Counted from the first letter of the stretch, positions 11,163 through 21,837 are shown. The stretch is DNA of 64,000 nt from an uncultured delta proteobacterium (GCA_963808625.1 CAWEHK010000033.1:128001-192000); one strand, 5' to 3'. Notes: generated by a model from the sequence alone, not told the origin. Program-made: numbers and translations.

Positions 11163-11928
11163 GTTTTTTGTCTCCCAGGTAGGCCTTGATCACGTCGGGG
11201 TTACTCTGGATTTCTGCCGGGGTGCCTTCCGCGATGGTGATCCCGTAATCGAGGACCTTCATGCGTTCACAGACACGCATGACGAATTTCATATCGTGCT
11301 CGATGAGGAATATGGTGAGCGCGTATTTCGGGCGCAGCTCCTGAAGCAACTCGGCCAGTTCCATGGTTTCCTGCGGGTTCATCCCCGCTGCCGGCTCATC
11401 AAGGAGGAGGAGGCTGGGGCGGGTGGCGAGGGCCCGGGCAATTTCCAAACGCCGTTGCTGTCCATAGGGCAGAGCGCCGGCCTTTTCCGAGGCCAAATGC
11501 GCCAGCCCCATCTCCTGGAGAAATTCCATGGATTCTTCGCGGATGCGGGCCTCCTCCCGGCGATACCTGGGCAACCCCAGCATCGCTTCCCAGAAATGCG
11601 CCCGAAGATCGTAATGGAAAGAGACCAGGACGTTCTCCAAAACGCTCAGATCGGTGAACAGGCGAATATTTTGAAAGGTCCGGGCAATGCCCTTTGGGGC
11701 AATTTGCTGTGGTGGCAGGCGGGTGATGTTCTCGCCGCGCCAGACAACCCGTCCGGAAGTCGGTGTAAGCGCCCCGGTAATCATGTTGAAAACCGTTGTT
11801 TTTCCGGCGCCATTCGGCCCGATCAGTCCGATCAACTCACCCGGCTCCAGGGTGATCGAGAACTTATTCACTGCGGTAAGACCGCCGAACTGCATGACCA
11901 GATGTTCCAACCTGAAAAAGGCCGTCAT
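11146..11928 (-). CDS. livG: Branched-chain amino acid ABC transporter ATPase
   Basis: FGGLTAV, GPNGAGKTT, LPYGQQRRLEIARAL, LDEPAAGMN, IEHDM. Confidence 0.93.
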   Translation of the reverse strand: MTAFFRLEHLVMQFGGLTAVNKFSITLEPGELIGLIGPNGAGKTTVFNMITGALTPTSGRVVWRGENITRLPPQQIAPKGIARTFQNIRLFTDLSVLENVLVSFHYDLRAHFWEAMLGLPRYRREEARIREESMEFLQEMGLAHLASEKAGALPYGQQRRLEIARALATRPSLLLLDEPAAGMNPQETMELAELLQELRPKYALTIFLIEHDMKFVMRVCERMKVLDYGITIAEGTPAEIQSNPDVIKAYLGDKKHASSE

Positions 11929-11944
11929 GAGAAAATCCGTTATT

Positions 11945-12067
11945 GGCTTTTGGTTGATGGTTGATGGTTAATGGTTGATAGTCGATGGGAGTTGTCCCAT
12001 ACTCTGTCCCTGCTCGCTCCCCCAACCTATTCGTGTGACTTCGCTTTCCTTCGTGTGCCTTCGTGGA
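11945..12067. repeat. TGGTTGA 7-mer run plus reverse copy of the CACGAA 9-mer run in the livM-livG spacer
   Basis: tggttgatggttgatggttaatggttgatagtcgatgg; 12030-12067 is nearly the reverse complement of 1667-1706. Confidence 0.8.
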
Positions 12068-12077
12068 TGAAATGGTT

Positions 12078-13114
12078 TCATTGCCTGGAAGCCCCCACCC
12101 GCTGCAACCAGTTCCAATTGAGCTCATTGCGTCCCATGATGCCACGGCGGGCAAACACGATAACGATCATCAGGATAAGACTGAATACCACCATCCGCAT
12201 TCCCGGAATGCCCGGAATCGTGAACACGCCAAAATCCATGGGGCGTTCGACGATTCTCAGGGCCTCCCCACCCCAGGCAAAGAGGGCGGCGCCGAGGACT
12301 GCTCCGGTGGTGCTTCCCAGACCTCCCACCACGATCATGATGAGCAGATTAAAAGTGAGGAAGAAGGTGAACAGCGTCGGAGAGATGGTCGTGATCAAGT
12401 GCGCCAGGAGCCCGCCCGCCACCCCGGAAAAAAAGGCGCTGACCAAAAACCCCAGCAGCAAATGCCGATAGGGGTCAACTCCCATCGCCCGGGCGGCGGT
12501 TTCGTCTTCACGAATGGCCTTCATGGCGCGGCCCCAACTGCTGTTGATCAACCTCGCGACGAGGATTACGGTAAGCACCGCCACCCCCCAGGTCCACCAA
12601 AGATTCGTGTGCGGGGCCAATCCCTTGAGGCCGAGGGGGCCGTTGGTCACGCTCTGCAAAGCATTGCAGAAAACGCGCACCACTTCGCCGAATCCCAGGG
12701 TCACGATGGCCAGATAGTCGCCCCGGACCCGGAAAACCGGAAAGCTTATGAGATAGGCAAAGACCGTGGCCATGGCGCCCGCAACCAGGAGTGACACCAC
12801 AAAGGGGACCTGCACCACACTGAGGGGCCAGATGAGCGGCTGGATGATGAAGTTGAGCTGTTTTTCCGCGGAGTCATCGTAAGCAGGGCCGAGGCGTAGG
12901 CCCCAATGGCGATAAAGGCATTGGGACCCAGGTGCAGCACACCACAGAAACCGTTTATGAGATTGTAGCTTACTGCCAGCGTGATAAATATCCCCATGTT
13001 GTTCAGGATGCGAATCTGGTATTCGGTGCCGTAAATATTGAAGAGATAAAGGATAACGAACAAGACGATGATGGCGGCGGCATCGAACCAGGAGTTCCGC
13101 TTCTCGTTATTCAT
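12078..13114 (-). CDS. livM: Branched-chain amino acid ABC transporter permease; frameshift near 12865
   Basis: SYNLINGFCG, RGDYLAIVTLGFGE, GRAMKAIREDE, VVGGLGS across two fragments. Confidence 0.9.
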
Positions 13115-13143
13115 GATCTTTCCTTTTTGCGACCAAGCCTCCA

Positions 13144-13402
13144 GTCGAAATCCGCAATCCCCCAAAAGCTCTCCACGAAGTCACACGAAGACTAACAAAG
13201 ACACACGAATTGGATTCACTGTCCAGCCATCCGAAATCCGACATCCGCAATCCGAAATCCGACATCTCCCCAAAAGCTGTCCACCAAGTCACACGAAAAC
13301 TCACGAAGACACACGAATTGGATTTACTGTCCAGCCACCCAAAATCCGACATCCGCAATCCCGACATCCGCAATCCGAAATCCGAAATCCGAAATCCGAA
13401 AT
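13144..13402. repeat. Two ~108-bp tandem composite units (9-mer run + CCG(A/C)(A/C)AT 7-mer run)
   Basis: caaaagct at 13163 and 13271, each followed by cacgaa repeats, ttggatt.actgtccagcca and atccgaa/atccgac/atccgca repeats. Confidence 0.88.
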
Positions 13403-14295
13403 CAGTTCGTGATCGGCTCACCCATGATTCCGGTAGGTCTGAACAGCAGGACCAGGATCAGGATAACAAAAGCGAAAGCATCTCGATATTGGGCTAAACC
13501 CGGCACGAAGGCCACGATCAGGATTTCCCCGAGGCCCAGCACGAAGCCCCCGATCACGGCCCCGACGATATTCCCTATTCCGCCCAGCACGGCGGCGACA
13601 AAGGCCTTGATGCCCGGGAAGATTCCCATAAAGGGGTTGACCTGCGGGTATTTCATCGCCCACATGATGCCCCCCGCGGCGGCGAGGCTCGAGCCCAGAA
13701 GAAAGGTAATCGCAATGACCCAGTCCAGGTTGATGCCCATCAGCCGGGTGGTTTCAAAATCCTTGGACGCTGCCCGCATGGCCTTACCGACCTTGGTTTT
13801 GAACACGATATAGAGCAGTCCGAAAAGAAGGATGAGCGTAATCGCAGGGGTGTAAATGGTGAGCACTTGCACGTGCAGCCCCATGAAGACAATGACCTTA
13901 TCGAAGATCGGGGGCCTGGGAAAGGCCTTGGGAACGCCGCCAATGAACACCACCGCCAGATTTTCCAGAAGGAACGAGGCCCCGATTGCGGAAATGAGGA
14001 GCGAGATGCGAGGGGCATTGCGCAATGGTTTGTAGGCAGCGCGATCGAGGAGGATCCCCAGGAGGCCCGTCACCAGTACCGCCAGAGGAAAGCTGATGTA
14101 CCAGGGAAGAGTAAATAGCGCGATCGAATAAATCGCCACGTAAGCAGCAAACATCAGGAGATCGCCGTGAGCAAAGTTGATCAACCGCAGGATGCCATAG
14201 ACCATGGTGTAACCAATGGCCACAAGACCATAGAGACTGCCGAGGGAAATGCCATTGATCAGTTGTTGAAGGAAAATCGTCAGATCCACACGCAC
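13402..14295 (-). CDS. livH: Branched-chain amino acid ABC transporter permease
   Basis: QQLINGISLGSLYGLVAIGYTMVYGILRLINFAHG, KAFVAAVLGGIG, RPTGI. Confidence 0.93.
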   Translation of the reverse strand: MRVDLTIFLQQLINGISLGSLYGLVAIGYTMVYGILRLINFAHGDLLMFAAYVAIYSIALFTLPWYISFPLAVLVTGLLGILLDRAAYKPLRNAPRISLLISAIGASFLLENLAVVFIGGVPKAFPRPPIFDKVIVFMGLHVQVLTIYTPAITLILLFGLLYIVFKTKVGKAMRAASKDFETTRLMGINLDWVIAITFLLGSSLAAAGGIMWAMKYPQVNPFMGIFPGIKAFVAAVLGGIGNIVGAVIGGFVLGLGEILIVAFVPGLAQYRDAFAFVILILVLLFRPTGIMGEPITN

Positions 14296-14331
14296 CTCGA
14301 TCTTGATTCTTTAGTCGGATCACCCGCAGGG

Positions 14332-14402
14332 TGTCATGCCCGCGAAGGCGGGAACCTGCCATAAAGCCAAATTTAAAAATCCCCGCTTGAGCAGGGATGG
14401 CG
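14332..14402. repeat. Degenerate GTCATGCCCGCGAAGGCGGG REP-like element
   Basis: cccgc-gaag-gcggg hairpin; related to 51598-51677. Confidence 0.5.
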
Positions 14403-14526
14403 ACTGGAGGCTATCAGAAGCTCACCGGGCCAATTCCCGCCACAAACATAAAAGTGATGAGCGGATATCATAAAATTTTACGCGGCACTTTCAATGCTCA
14501 AATCGAAAATACCTTACCGGCGGGAC

Positions 14527-14566
14527 AAAAAGAAACAGGAAAGCATAAAACTTTCCTGTCTCTTTT
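14527..14566 (-). terminator. Hairpin/terminator downstream of the binding-protein gene
   Basis: aaagaaacaggaaag-cataaaa-ctttcctgtctcttt stem with A/T flanks. Confidence 0.6.
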
Positions 14567-14621
14567 CGCGTTCTGACACGGATGGTTGATCTCATCGCGC
14601 CCCTGACGGCCACGAACTGTC

Positions 14622-14667
14622 ACTGCCAACCATCAACCATCAACGATCAACTATCAACCATCAACCA
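14622..14667. repeat. TCAACCA 7-mer run
   Basis: ccaaccatcaaccatcaacgatcaactatcaaccatcaacc; reverse orientation to the 15921 run on the other side of the same gene. Confidence 0.8.
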
Positions 14668-14671
14668 GACA

Positions 14672-15802
14672 TCAAGGATTGACGGTAGTGACGTAGACGA
14701 ACTTGCCGCCCTCGACTTTGTTAATCACCATGCTCTTAACCGGATTCCCGCCTTCGCCCATGGTGATGGTGCCGGAAACCCCCTGGAAGTCCTTGGTGGC
14801 GGCAAGGGCTTCACGAATCTTGGCGCCGTCTGTTGAGCCCGCGCGCTTGATGGCGTCGACCAGCAGGAAATAAGCATCAGCGCCAAGAGCATCAAAGGCG
14901 CCCGCTTCTTTCTTGTATTTTTCTTCGTAACGCTTGATGTACTCTTTAGCCCTGTCAGTGGTTGCTGCCTGTTTGTGAAAATGGCCGGTAAAGTACATAT
15001 TCTCAACGGATGCGCCACCCACCTTGATCAGCGTTTCGTCCTGAGCGCCGTCACCGGTCAGGATCGGCAGTTTGATTCCCAGGTCGCGGGCCTGTTTCGC
15101 CATCAGAGCATCTTCCGTGTAATAGTTGGGCGCATAGATGATATCCGGTTTCGCAGCCTGCACTGCGGAAAGCTGTGCGGAAAAATCCTGGTCCCCGGTC
15201 TGAATATAGGTCTTGGACACGATTTTCCCACCGAGTTTCTCGAACTCTTTTTCAAAGTAGTTGGCAAGGCCGACGCAGTAATCCTGAGCCTGGTCAATGA
15301 TCAGGGCCGCAGTCTGTGCCTTGAGCTCATTCCGGGCAAAGCGGGCGGCTACCTCACCCTGGAAGGGATCGATAAAGCAGGCGCGGAACGCATACATCTT
15401 CCCCTGGGTGACGAGAGGATTGGTTGCCGTCGGGCTCACTGAGGGAATCTTGGCCGCCTCGGAGATGGGATTCCCAGCCATGCTGTTGCCGCTGATGGCC
15501 TCTCCCAGGATGCCGACGACCTTTTCTTTTTCCACCAGAAGCGATACCGCATTTGCCGCTTCAATCTTGTCGCTCTTGGTGTCGACCAGGACCACATCGA
15601 TTTTCTTGCCCAGGACCGTGGGCTCCATATCACGGGCAATCTGGATCCCGGACCATTCCATGTCGCCATAGGCTGCCACGCCGCCGGTCATGGGCAGAAA
15701 GGCCCCGATCTTGATCGCATCCTGCGCCATACCGAGACCGGGCATTCCCAACAGAAAAACGCCCAACAACGCCACCACAGCAAGAACACTTGTCTTTCTC
15801 AT
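14672..15802 (-). CDS. Branched-chain amino acid ABC transporter substrate-binding protein (LivJ/LivK family)
   Basis: Signal peptide after MRKTSV (SD AGGAGAG), IKIG, ATNP, FRACFIDPFQG; heads the liv operon. Confidence 0.92.
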   Translation of the reverse strand: MRKTSVLAVVALLGVFLLGMPGLGMAQDAIKIGAFLPMTGGVAAYGDMEWSGIQIARDMEPTVLGKKIDVVLVDTKSDKIEAANAVSLLVEKEKVVGILGEAISGNSMAGNPISEAAKIPSVSPTATNPLVTQGKMYAFRACFIDPFQGEVAARFARNELKAQTAALIIDQAQDYCVGLANYFEKEFEKLGGKIVSKTYIQTGDQDFSAQLSAVQAAKPDIIYAPNYYTEDALMAKQARDLGIKLPILTGDGAQDETLIKVGGASVENMYFTGHFHKQAATTDRAKEYIKRYEEKYKKEAGAFDALGADAYFLLVDAIKRAGSTDGAKIREALAATKDFQGVSGTITMGEGGNPVKSMVINKVEGGKFVYVTTVNP

Positions 15803-15920
15803 TTCTCTCTCCTTCGATCTCATTGCCTGTTCATGGGAAGAATACAAAGCTTTGGTTCACTACACTCATACCGATTGCGGATAAGTGTTCTCTACTCCGG
15901 GGGAATTGTGCTGTCAACTG

Positions 15921-16031
15921 ATTAGTGGCTAGCGGGTAGTGGTTGATAGTTGATGGTTGATAGTTGATGGTTGATGGTTGGTGGTTGAAAATTGATGACG
16001 AATGGTTGATGGATGATGGTTGGTGGTTGGC
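15921..16031. repeat. T(G/A)GTTGA 7-mer run
   Basis: tggttgatagttgatggttgatagttgatggttgatggttggtggttga... Confidence 0.85.
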
Positions 16032-16235
16032 GACTCGAGGTCCAAAAGTAGGCTCGTATGGAAGAAAATAGACTGATGAAATACTGCCCCGGCTCGACTG
16101 ACTCACTGCGTTGGGGGCTTACGGCGGGCCGTCGAGGATTGTGGCCTGCCGGGCTACTGCTTGTACCGGGTAAGAGGCGGCAGCGGGGCTTCGATGCGGA
16201 TTTCAACCCATTGGCCGACTATAAGGTCGTCAAAA

Positions 16236-17352
16236 TCAGCTGGCTTCAAACCACTTTGCAGTCCGTTGGAAAAGGGTGGTGTCCTTGTTTAGGGTGATGG
16301 AGGCCCGACCGTAAACGGCCGCACTTCCTTTTTCCTCATCCACAACCACTCTGCCGAGCCCCCCTTGACGCTGGGATTGGGCGTCAGCCCTGAAGATTTC
16401 GGCGATCTTGCCAACAATCGTCGCAGTATGTTCCTCGTTCGAGGGGACAATCGGCTCGCCGGCACCCGGCTTCTTTGTACTCTTGAAAACGACCCGGTAC
16501 TTGTCGAAAAGCCGCTGCTCAGCGTCTGCAAAGTTTGCTGGCCTGTTTCGCCTTGCGTACTCGCTTCGTAATCTCTTCCCGTGCCTCTTCGAAAGGCACC
16601 ACCTGCTCGGAAATCCTGTCCTCGAGCTTGAAGATGAGCAGGCCGCCATCAACCCTCAGGATCGAGCTGACCTCATTGATCTTCAAGTTGAACACACGCT
16701 CTTCAATCTCCGGGACCAGCCTCCCACGGGCGAAGTATTCCGGCTCCTCTTTATACCCTCGTTCGGATAATGACTCAGCGACCGCCTGGGGATTCTCTCC
16801 ACTCCGCAGCCTGGCGACCGCTTCGTTGGCCCGGGCTTCCTTCCCTGCTATTTCCTCAGGGGTGGCGTCCGCAGGGAGGTCGACAAAAATCGAGGGAGCC
16901 CGGATCCTTTCCGGGACGATAAACTGGTCTCGGTGATCATCGTAATATTGCTTCATTTCCTGATCCCCCAGAGTGACGTCGGCAAGGATCTTTTCCTTGG
17001 AGTACTCCTCCGCCAGAAGGGCCTTGGTAATGGCTCGAAGTTTCGCTTTGAAACGCTCCGACTTGTGTAAACCAAGGGACCTCGCCTTCTCGAGAAAAGA
17101 CTTCGATCCTGACCAATTCTTTGAGCAGATGCTCTTGGCCGTCATCCGATGCGAACTGTTCCCTGAAGCTGGCGGGGAGGTTCTTTAACTGATTATCGAG
17201 ATCCTCTCGGGTGATGCGGTCGTTTCCAATCGTCGCCAGGACCTCGGCCGTCTCGGCGGTCCCCGCGAGACCCTGCGCACGAGGCAACAACTCATCAAGA
17301 AGATCAGGATACCGGCCGTAAGCATCAGGCAAAAGGAATTCTTTTCAGGCAT
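16236..17352 (-). CDS. Exported PpiC/parvulin-type peptidyl-prolyl isomerase (foldase); several frameshifts
   Basis: Hydrophobic leader from ATG 17352, VLATIGNDRITREDL, MKQYYDDHRDQF..PERIR, RGRLVPEIEERVFNL, PFEEAREEI. The 3' end is approximate. Confidence 0.8.
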
Positions 17353-17371
17353 AAGGGACCCATATCGGCAA

Positions 17372-18443
17372 TCAGTTCTTGGCGACGGCCTTGTCTTTCA
17401 AATTCTTGACAGAAGTATCAAAATAGGGCGAGAAGATCTCATCGGGCGAATCAAAAAAATACATGCTGTTAACCCCATTGGCATAGTTATTTGCTCCTGA
17501 ATCTCCCGGCACAAACTTGAGAATCCAGGGTCCGCCGCTGAACCCCGGTCTCTGGCTGGTGCCAACACCCGTAGTATCTGGCGATGCGCCGGCATAGACG
17601 GTGGCGTAAGAGGCCTGCGTCTCCACCATCCACTCCCCGTTCCAAGGGGAACCTGCGGGGTAGCCGAAAACATTCCAGTGCTGCTTCCGGGAATAATTCC
17701 AGGCAAAGCCCAGCAAACCAACCGTTTTTGCCAGCGTTTTTCCCCCCTGGTTGGTGACGGTGGCGAAGCCAACGTCCCTGCCCCATTGCCCGTTGTTAAG
17801 CCAGGCGGTAAAGGTGGTCAGCCAGAAGGCGGGCCACGTTCCGTAGGGTTTGTTACCGTTCTTGTAAGCTGGAACGAAAGTCCAGTTCGTCGCCCACTTT
17901 TTCTTTCCGCCGTCGGAAACACAGTGCCCGGCAGTCAGAACGGCTTTGTTGCCGATGGACGATCCGGAGCAGACGTAATTGCTGCCGTTAAGAGAAAAAA
18001 ACACCTTACCTATGGTTCGATAAGGGTAGGTACTGTAGAGACTGCTCAACACATAGAAGGTGGTGTGAGGCGGCGGATAATCGTAGCCATCACTTGCCGA
18101 AGTCACAGAAGCCTCGAAGGCACCGGTGAAGGCCAGTGCATCGAACTCATCGTCAGACATCAACACCGAGTCCAGAGTCCGCAAACTACCCTTATCGGCA
18201 CCGGGAGGGCCAACCGGCTCGTCCTCTGTATCCGGAACCCGAGGTGGGGCTTTCCCCGGAATGCCGTTGTAGGGATAGGGTTTTGCGTTCAGCATCCGCT
18301 CCTGGGTCCAATAGGCGGGGGCCGCCTGCACGTGCCGATTGCGGTACGGTGTAGGTCGCCACGGACTCGGCAGCATGAGTCGTACATACCATCCCAGCGG
18401 CTGTCAAAAAGAGACCAAGTAGAATACAGGTTAATCTCTTCAT
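17372..18443 (-). CDS. Secreted trypsin-like serine peptidase (V8/glutamyl endopeptidase-like); frameshift near 18335
   Basis: Signal peptide MKRLTCILLGLFL, propeptide YWTQERM, triad motifs VLTAGHCV, DVGF, GFSGGP. Confidence 0.88.
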
Positions 18444-18722
18444 TCTTTCAACCTCCCTGGCAATTCGCCAAACCAAAGGGTTAGGTTTTCTTTAAAGACT
18501 TGTTCCCCTTTATGCCGCTGTAATTGTCTTACTGTGTTGCGCGGTTTGCAAATCATTTTTATCCTCGCGGTCTGGGGGGTTGGAGTCCATAAGGCGCTTC
18601 TAATAGGGAGCGGAAATCTGCGGTGGGAGCGTTGTGGAGTGGAGATGCCATTGCAGGCCGCGTGTGATTTTGTTATAGGAGGCGGGCGAAACTTTATCAG
18701 ACCGGATAGAAAGAAGGTTGGG

Positions 18723-19715
18723 ATGGCAACGGCTTTGGTTACCGGCGCCACGGGGTTTATTGGGAGCCACGTGGCTGTTAACTTGGTTGCGAAGGGTTGG
18801 CGTGTTCGCGCCTTGAGACGCGCAACTTCGCACCCGCCGGATATCGGAAGGCTGGATGTCGAGTGGTGTTCGGGAGACATTCGCAATTTTGACCAGGTCC
18901 GTTCAGCATTGGCCGGGTGCGATGCTGTTTTCCACGTTGCCGCGGATTACCGTCTCTGGGCGCGGAATCCTGAGGAAATATACGAAACAAATGTCGCCGG
19001 GACGGTAAATGTGCTGCGGGCAGCGCTTCAGCAGCGGGTCGAACGGTTGGTTTACACGAGCAGCGTTGGCGCCCTCGGGTCAAGGCCTGACGGAAAACCG
19101 GCTGATGAAACGACTCCGGTTTGCCTCGAGGACATGGTCGGGCATTACAAGCGCTCCAAATTCCTGGCGGAACGGGAGGCGGAGCGCTTCCTGGAGCAGG
19201 GCTTGCCGGTCATCATGGTTCACCCCAGTACGCCGGTCGGTCCCGGAGACCATAAGCCCACGCCGACCGGTAAAATCATTGTGGATTTTCTGAATGGCCG
19301 CATGCCGGCGTTTTTGGATACGGGCCTCAACTTGATCCACGTAAGCGATGTTGCGGAAGGTCATCTGCTTGCCCTCGAACGAGGCCGCGTTGGCGAAAAG
19401 TACATTCTCGGGAACCGGGACCTGACGCTCGCCGAGATCTTCGCCCTCTTGGAAAGAGTCTCCGGAGTTCCTGCCCCGCGTTTTCGCTTGCCCTATTATC
19501 CGATTTTGGGGCTTGGATATGTTTGTGAAATGCTCTCACGGATCACCGGCAGGGAACCGCTCATTCCCCTGGAAGGGGTGAAGATGGCTCGGAAGTTCAT
19601 GTTTTTTGATGCCACCAAAGCCGTGCGCGAATTGGGACTTCCGCAAACCCCCGTGGAGCTTGCGCTGGCGGAAGCGGTTGGGTGGTTCCGAGAACGTGGG
19701 TATGTGTGTCGGTGA
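18723..19715 (+). CDS. hpnA: Hopanoid-associated NAD-dependent sugar epimerase/dehydratase
   Basis: VTGATGFIG, FHVAADYRLW, MVGHYKRSK, KPTPTGKII; upstream of hpnH. Confidence 0.85.
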   Translation: MATALVTGATGFIGSHVAVNLVAKGWRVRALRRATSHPPDIGRLDVEWCSGDIRNFDQVRSALAGCDAVFHVAADYRLWARNPEEIYETNVAGTVNVLRAALQQRVERLVYTSSVGALGSRPDGKPADETTPVCLEDMVGHYKRSKFLAEREAERFLEQGLPVIMVHPSTPVGPGDHKPTPTGKIIVDFLNGRMPAFLDTGLNLIHVSDVAEGHLLALERGRVGEKYILGNRDLTLAEIFALLERVSGVPAPRFRLPYYPILGLGYVCEMLSRITGREPLIPLEGVKMARKFMFFDATKAVRELGLPQTPVELALAEAVGWFRERGYVCR

Positions 19716-19730
19716 AGAACAGTTTCTTTT

Positions 19731-19805
19731 CCACCGCAGAGACGCAGAGGACGCAGAGAATTCATTTTAATGGTTTTCTCTGCGCTCTCTGCGTCTCTGC
19801 GGTGG
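19731..19805. repeat. Inverted pair of CGCAGAG(A/G) 9-mer runs forming a hairpin
   Basis: ccaccgcagagacgcagaggacgcagagaa ... ttctctgcgctctctgcgtctctgcggtgg. Confidence 0.88.
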
Positions 19806-19823
19806 ATATGAGAGAGGGATGGC

Positions 19824-20819
19824 ATGCGTTTTCCCGTTAGTCTCTATCTTTCGATGACGCGGTATCTGCTTCAAAAGAAGATGAAGAAGGATGACCGTTT
19901 CCCTCTCGTCCTGATGCTGGAGCCGACTCATCGCTGCAACCTGACTTGTGCGGGCTGCGGGCGCATTCGCGAGTACCGCGACACGCTTCTCGAGGAAATG
20001 ACCCTGGCAGAATGCCTCACCGCGGTTGATGAGGCCGGTGCTCCGGTGGTGACGATAACCGGCGGCGAACCCTTGCTCTACTCACAGGTGACCGAGCTCG
20101 TCGACGCCGTGCTCGCGCGGGGCAAACACATCTATTTTTGCACCAATGGTCTGCTTCTCGAAGAGTCATTGGAGCGCTTCCACCCGGACTCTCGTTTTAC
20201 CTGGAACATCCATTTCGATGGCGCCGAGACCGTGCATGACCATATCATCGGGCGTCCCGGCGGGTTCCGGAAGGCCTTCGCCGGATTGCTGGCAGCCAAG
20301 AGCAAGGGTTTCCGGGTGAGCACCAATACCACTGTTTATCGGGAAACCGATCTTGCCGACCTCGAGGACCTCTTCACGCAACTCTCCGCTGCGGGTGTGG
20401 ACGGCATCCTCGTGGCCCCCGGTTTCAGCTATGAGGACGTGGCCGGTGACGTCTTTTTGGACCGCCGGGAAATCACGCAAAAATTCAAGGAAATACGCCG
20501 GTGGGGCAGGCGTTTTCCGCTGATCAGCAATCCCCTTTACCTCGATTTCGTGGCAGGAGAGCGACCGCTCCACTGCACCCCATGGGGCAACCCCACCCGG
20601 AACCCGCGAGGCTGGAAGTCCCCCTGCTACCTCATCACCGACACCCATTACCCGACCTATCGGGAGCTTATGCAACAAACGGACTGGGACCACTACGTCT
20701 CCGGCAAGGACCCCCGGTGCGCCCAGTGCATGGTGCACTGCGGGTATGAACCGACGGTGGTCCTGCAGATGAGCGGGAAAGATCTGCTGCGGATGGTCAA
20801 GTGGAATCTTTATGTTTGA
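19824..20819 (+). CDS. hpnH: Adenosyl-hopene transferase, radical SAM
   Basis: RFPLVLMLEP..RCNLTCAGCGRI, CTPWGNPTRN..GW..PCYL, DPRCAQCMVHCGYEPT. Confidence 0.92.
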   Translation: MRFPVSLYLSMTRYLLQKKMKKDDRFPLVLMLEPTHRCNLTCAGCGRIREYRDTLLEEMTLAECLTAVDEAGAPVVTITGGEPLLYSQVTELVDAVLARGKHIYFCTNGLLLEESLERFHPDSRFTWNIHFDGAETVHDHIIGRPGGFRKAFAGLLAAKSKGFRVSTNTTVYRETDLADLEDLFTQLSAAGVDGILVAPGFSYEDVAGDVFLDRREITQKFKEIRRWGRRFPLISNPLYLDFVAGERPLHCTPWGNPTRNPRGWKSPCYLITDTHYPTYRELMQQTDWDHYVSGKDPRCAQCMVHCGYEPTVVLQMSGKDLLRMVKWNLYV

Positions 20820-21705
20820 TTGCGGCCGCCTGCTTCGGGGAACCATTCTTCTTCGCCCTTATGTTTTCGCGTTCTTAACCATTTACCTGGCCGCCGCTGC
20901 GGCTCATCTCGGATGGCGAAGGACCCTGCTTTTTCTCCCCCTCGGTTACAGCCTGGCCTGGCTTTCCGAATACTCTTCCATCCATTGGGGGTTTCCTTAC
21001 GGAGACTACTTCTATATCCCAAGCACCCTGGATCGGGAGCTATGGGTGTCCGGGGTGCCTTTTATGGACTCCCTGTCCTATGTTTTTTTGGCATACTGCA
21101 GTTATGCCATGGCGCTCTTTATCCTCAGCCCGCTCCTTTTGACCAAAAACCGGGTCGTCATTCTTGAAACCCACCACCTCAGGCGTTCTCGGCAGACGCT
21201 TATCCTGGGGGCTTTTCTTTTTGTGTTGCTCGATATCATTATCGACCCCGTGGCGCTCCGGGGCGATCGCTGGTTCCTGGGCCAGATCTACGGGTACCGG
21301 GAAGCCGGGTTTTACTTCGGCATCCCGATGAGCAACTTTGGCGGCTGGCTGCTGGTGGGGGCGGCGATGATCGCACTGCTCCAGGTCTTGGCTGCCCGGC
21401 GCTCTCTCGAGCCAACAAAGGCCTCGATGCTTGCCGGGATTCCTGGGATCGGGCTGCTGGGTCCCCTGCTCTACGCCGGGGTCCTCGCCTTCAACCTGGC
21501 GGTCACCTTGTGGATCGGGGAATATTTTCTGGGTATTGTAGGATGCCTTATCCTCTTTTTCCCGGGCCTGCTGGTCGCGTTTTTCACTCGGTACAAGCAC
21601 GCGAACCTGAGCCCGTCACAGATCGCCGAGCATGCCAGGGATTTTCCTCTGTCGAAGCTTAACCGCCCTCCCCTTTCCTCCGACAAATGGGGCACGTCGG
21701 TGTAA
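20812..21705 (+). CDS. CruF-like (carotenoid biosynthesis/DUF422) membrane protein
   Basis: SE..SIHWGFPYGDY.Y, GVP, DIIIDPVA, YFGIPMSNFGGW; multiple TM helices; overlaps the hpnH stop. Confidence 0.75.
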   Translation: MFDCGRLLRGTILLRPYVFAFLTIYLAAAAAHLGWRRTLLFLPLGYSLAWLSEYSSIHWGFPYGDYFYIPSTLDRELWVSGVPFMDSLSYVFLAYCSYAMALFILSPLLLTKNRVVILETHHLRRSRQTLILGAFLFVLLDIIIDPVALRGDRWFLGQIYGYREAGFYFGIPMSNFGGWLLVGAAMIALLQVLAARRSLEPTKASMLAGIPGIGLLGPLLYAGVLAFNLAVTLWIGEYFLGIVGCLILFFPGLLVAFFTRYKHANLSPSQIAEHARDFPLSKLNRPPLSSDKWGTSV

Positions 21706-21721
21706 GTCTCTGCGCGTTTCC

Positions 21722-21809
21722 GGTGGGCACAAAGAGACGTGCCCACCCTACTCCCTGCCTCAGAGCTTCAAACATTGTAGGGTGGGCACAGCTTTTTATC
21801 GTGCCCACC
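21722..21809. repeat. Inverted pair of GTAG-type REP sequences
   Basis: ggtgggcac...gtgcccaccctac and gtagggtgggcac...gtgcccacc between convergent genes. Confidence 0.8.
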
Positions 21810-21837
21810 AACCCCATATCCATCAACCCAGTCTTTT

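Noticed and set aside
13144..13402. Possible CRISPR array or repeat-protein ORFs (SEIRNPK-type translations)
   Set aside because: Short-period tandem repeats without unique spacers, and no cas genes; the ORFs are translations of repeat DNA.
15831..16206. ORFs with HQPSTIN repeats
   Set aside because: Artefacts of the 7-mer tract.
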